DNA from: Mobula hypostoma
Taxonomy: Eukaryota
Length of the DNA: 64,000 nt
NCBI RefSeq assembly: GCF_963921235.1
Contig: NC_086108.1
Span: 111,602,001 to 111,666,000 of the forward strand
Direction of reading: 5' to 3'
Of this stretch, positions 62,409-64,000 are shown piece after piece; the first letter of the stretch is position 1, and the number at the start of each line of letters is the position of its first letter. The notes under the pieces were generated by a model. That model ran no database searches, was not told where the DNA came from, and worked only from the letters and a program-made list of their open reading frames with translations. Both the position numbers and the translations under genes were made by a program.

Positions 62409-64000
62409 CTAGGAGAGAGCAAGAGAGATCTGTCCAAATGTCTTTTTAAACACTTTAAAAATAAAACTTGCCTCAGCCACCTCCTCTAGCAGCTTGTTCT
62501 AGATGCCCACCCTCTGTATCAGGGGTTCCCATCCTGGGGAACGTGGACCTCTTGGTTAATGGTAGGAGCCCATGGCATGAAAAGGTTAGGAACCCCTGCC
62601 CTGGGTGCGAAAGGTTGCCCCTCAACTTTCCATCAAATAAAAGTTAAACAGCATGGAAGCAGGCCCTTTGGCCCATCTTGGGCATGCCAGCCAAGAATCC
62701 CTTCCAAACTGGTCCCATTTGCTTGTGCTTGGCTCATATCCCTCTACGCTAGGGCTCCCCATGGACCCTAACCATTAACTGAGAGGGTCATGTACACCAG
62801 GTTGGAATCCTGTATCTAACCTTTCCTATCCATGCACCTGTCCAAGTGCCAATTGACATTCTTTTCCCTTATGCCTCAATTTTTAATTGGAAAGTTTATT
62901 GTAAATTTACAATTCTACAATAAAGGAAAATCAGTGACCAAACTAAATTAAATCTTCACCACCTCTATCTAGGAAGACATTTATTTGTACATGGAGAAGT
63001 TTGGAGGGCAAGCATGCAGGGGGAGGACAAGGTTCCAGGCAGAATAACAGTTCAGCATGGACTAGATGGGCTGAGGGGCCTGTGTTCAATGACTATTGGA
63101 TGGTAATTTTGTCTTTGCGCAGTACTGCATCCGCAAAACATTTTGCATGGAAGACACTGATACTAAAGTGGTTTTCAATTCAGATTCTGAGAAATTTCAG
63201 ATTCAGGTAAAGCCCACCCAAACACTGAGCACATCTACAAAGAGCACTGTCGCAGCAAAGCTGCATCCAGTAAGGACCACCAGGAGCCAGGCGTGCCCTC
63301 TTCTCACTGGCAGGAGGTGGAGATGCCTTGGGTCTCATACCACCATGTTCAGGAACGGTTATTACCCTTCAACTATCAGGCGAACTTCACTCACTGAACT
63401 GAATTCACAGCCTATGGACTCATTTTCAAGAGCTCTACAATTTATGTTCCCAGTATTTAATTATTTATTATTACTACTGCTTTTCATGCATTTGCAGTTT
63501 GTCTTTTGTACATTGGTTGTTTGTCAGTCTGTAGTTTTTCACTGATTATTTTATATTTTTGTTGCACTGAATGTCTGCAAGGAAATTATTCAGGGTACTA
63601 TATAGTAACACGTACTGTGAAAATAAATTGAACTTTGAGAAGGGGCAATTATTTAAAAATCAATAGACATAGGAATTTCTTTTCGAGGCTGGTGAATCTC
63701 TGGAAATTCCGTACTCCAGAAGGTTATGTAGTCTGGCATATTGCAAGTATCTAAAGGCGGCCCAAGTGGTTCAAAATGGCTCTAACAACTCATGAAATTC
63801 CAGCATTGATCTGCACATCTTTCCCTAATTAATACTGCAAAACTGAATTCACTACAAAAAAAGCAGTACACAAGTAATATAATATTAAGTTTCCAGTGAA
63901 CCCAAAGGGAGGCCCACAGGGAGGAGCAAAAGCCAGAAGCTCTTGATAAGGTCTAGAGGACAAACTTGTCTTGCCTACTGATCATTTCATTGTGACATCA

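Overview
Repeat-rich vertebrate genomic DNA, most likely from a cartilaginous fish (inferred from the CR1, Rex1, Penelope and V-SINE repeat mix); no prokaryotic features, and nearly all entries in the ORF track are spurious or transposon fragments. The main host gene is a mucolipin-3 (MCOLN3/TRPML3)-like cation channel on the minus strand. I traced 10 coding exons with GT-AG boundaries and compatible phases (62408 down to 27859), plus a candidate extra terminal exon at 25286-25304; the first exons lie beyond the right edge. A CpG-island promoter and first exon of a second, unidentified minus-strand gene lie at about 7.0-7.8 kb. Most notable non-genic features: (i) many Penelope-like element ends carrying minimal hammerhead ribozyme motifs, several with intact cores, including a ~190-bp fold-back with a hammerhead core on each strand; (ii) a Gmr1-like Gypsy LTR element (both LTRs, TSD, PBS, PPT) inside a CR1 LINE in an MCOLN3 intron, with pol reduced by largely in-frame deletions; (iii) a 1.45-kb G-rich 33-bp minisatellite resembling part of the Deu-SINE core; (iv) a 41-bp GC-box tandem repeat in the promoter.
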